Assembly: GCF_003918875.1 (NCBI RefSeq)
Contig: NW_025765451.1
Location: 1 to 64,000, forward strand
Source of the DNA: Haliotis rubra
Taxonomy: Eukaryota
Reading direction: 5' to 3'
DNA: 64,000 nt
Position numbers and translations under genes: made by a program. Positions 62,618-64,000 of the stretch are shown piece by piece. How positions within the stretch are numbered: position 1 is the stretch's first letter; each line of letters opens with the position of its first letter. The notes below the pieces were generated by a model that worked only from the letters and a program-made list of their open reading frames with translations, ran no database searches and was not told where the DNA came from.

Positions 62618-63724
62618 CTCACATAGGTAAGGGAGATAACTGAAGTTGACCAAACATACATCACGATGGTAACTTAATGTCACTGTATCCCAATTGAGTA
62701 GATTGATGCTCATGATGTTGACCACTGGATTGTCTGGTCCAGGCTGCATTATATACAGACCGCCTCCATATAGTTGAGTATTGTAGAGTGTGGTGTTAAA
62801 CAACAAATACAGACATGAGGTGAGGTGAAATGGGGTTTAACGTCTTACTTGAGAATATTTCGCTCATATGACGACATGCGTGTTTGTGTGGCTGCTTGTA
62901 CTAGCCCAGACTTAAACTGGTTTTATAGTGCTAGCTCACTGAGATACCATGCCACAGTGAAGCATGAATACCCCTCTAAGACACATTTTACCTACTCCAA
63001 GCCGACCAGTCCTTGTTGTACCTATTAATGCCGAGCACCAGGTAGGGACCAACAAGTACCATATTTTAACATCTATTATTACATGGACAGTAGTGCTGGG
63101 AATTGGTCAAAATCTCATAATTGATGATTGGTTCATTACAACTGATCAATCATCAAAATAATTGGTTAGCGTCATTTATGAAATTTTCCTGATTATTTTT
63201 GTTAATGGACAAAAAAAATAAAGAAAAAACCCCGTAGTTCTTTGGTGTTTTTGCAAATTGCACAAAAGGCATTGGCAAATTTCACATCTTTAAAGGATGA
63301 CTAGTAGGTTAGGAACATTAATTTCTTGGAGTCTTGAAGATAAATTCAACCATGACTTGGAACGAGCTTGTAGTGGTCATGAAATGTAACAGACAAAACA
63401 AACCTTGTGAAAAATATTGTTTATGCAAACAAGTGTTCCAGAATTGTTTGTGTTCGATTATGAGAAAACATGATCGATTGCTTGGTCGTTTAGTCACTGC
63501 GACCAATCTTCGATTATTTCAGTTAATCGGTGACCTTCCGCTCTCTGGGCGGACACTCTAACCACTACACCACGGAGGCGGTCCAAAGACATATGATCCT
63601 GTATAACCAATACTTCAGGTACATCTTCAAGGTGTACAATTAGCATCAGGGTGCTGCATCACAGAAACAACTCTGTGTATGTGAATAATCATTCGGTGTC
63701 AAGACGATGGAGTCAACATCAACC

Positions 63725-64000
63725 GGTGTGTTGAGGAGATCTAAGGTGAAACTAGGCGTAATGTTACAGTTATTGTGTTTACAGGGAGATGTGCATGCAC
63801 TGATGCCAACAGGTGTGTTGAGGAGATCTAAGGTGAAACTAGGCGTAATGTTACAGTTATTGTGTTTACAGGGAGATGTGCATGCAGTGATGCCAACAGG
63901 TGTGTTGAGGAGATCTAAGGTGAAACTAAGTAATGTTGCAGTTATTGTGTTTACAGGAGATGTGCATGCAGTGATGCCAACAGGTGTGTTGAGGAGATCT
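63725..64000. repeat. Tandem repeat of about 87 bp running off the window end
   Basis: ggtgtgttgaggagatct recurs at about 63725, 63812, 63899 and 63983. Confidence 0.92.

Noticed and set aside
63725-64000. CRISPR-like regular repeats (also 59300-59860)
   Set aside because: Whole units are repeated with no unique spacers, there are no cas genes, and the context is eukaryotic.

Overview
Animal (invertebrate) genomic DNA, AT-rich and dominated by repeats. The SINE and LINE families look molluscan, possibly abalone; this is inferred from remembered repeat families and was not verified. The only clearly functional host gene is the 3' end of RFC5, with three minus-strand exons at 60586-62617. About 1-57300 is a mosaic of tandem and inverted duplications of a roughly 8-10 kb unit. 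Reading the copies against each other across frameshifts gives colinear motifs of Mab-21/cGAS-like receptor (cGLR) proteins: GS-x-x-E...DxD, HGP, WP, HP...W, E-x-P-x-x-W, FVPE and a helical C-terminal tail. This suggests a decayed cluster of at least two cGLR paralog types with about five copies each, none with an intact ORF. That assignment was made by eye and needs HMM confirmation. Inserted into the cluster are two Tc1 elements with TIRs and TA target duplications (one with an intact DD34E ORF), a young I-group (Nimb-like) LINE with a 12-bp TSD nested in a Gypsy LTR, an older internally deleted copy of a related LINE, a solo LTR, Rex1/Babar and mariner relics, several SINE families and minisatellites. 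Boundaries of degenerate features are approximate.
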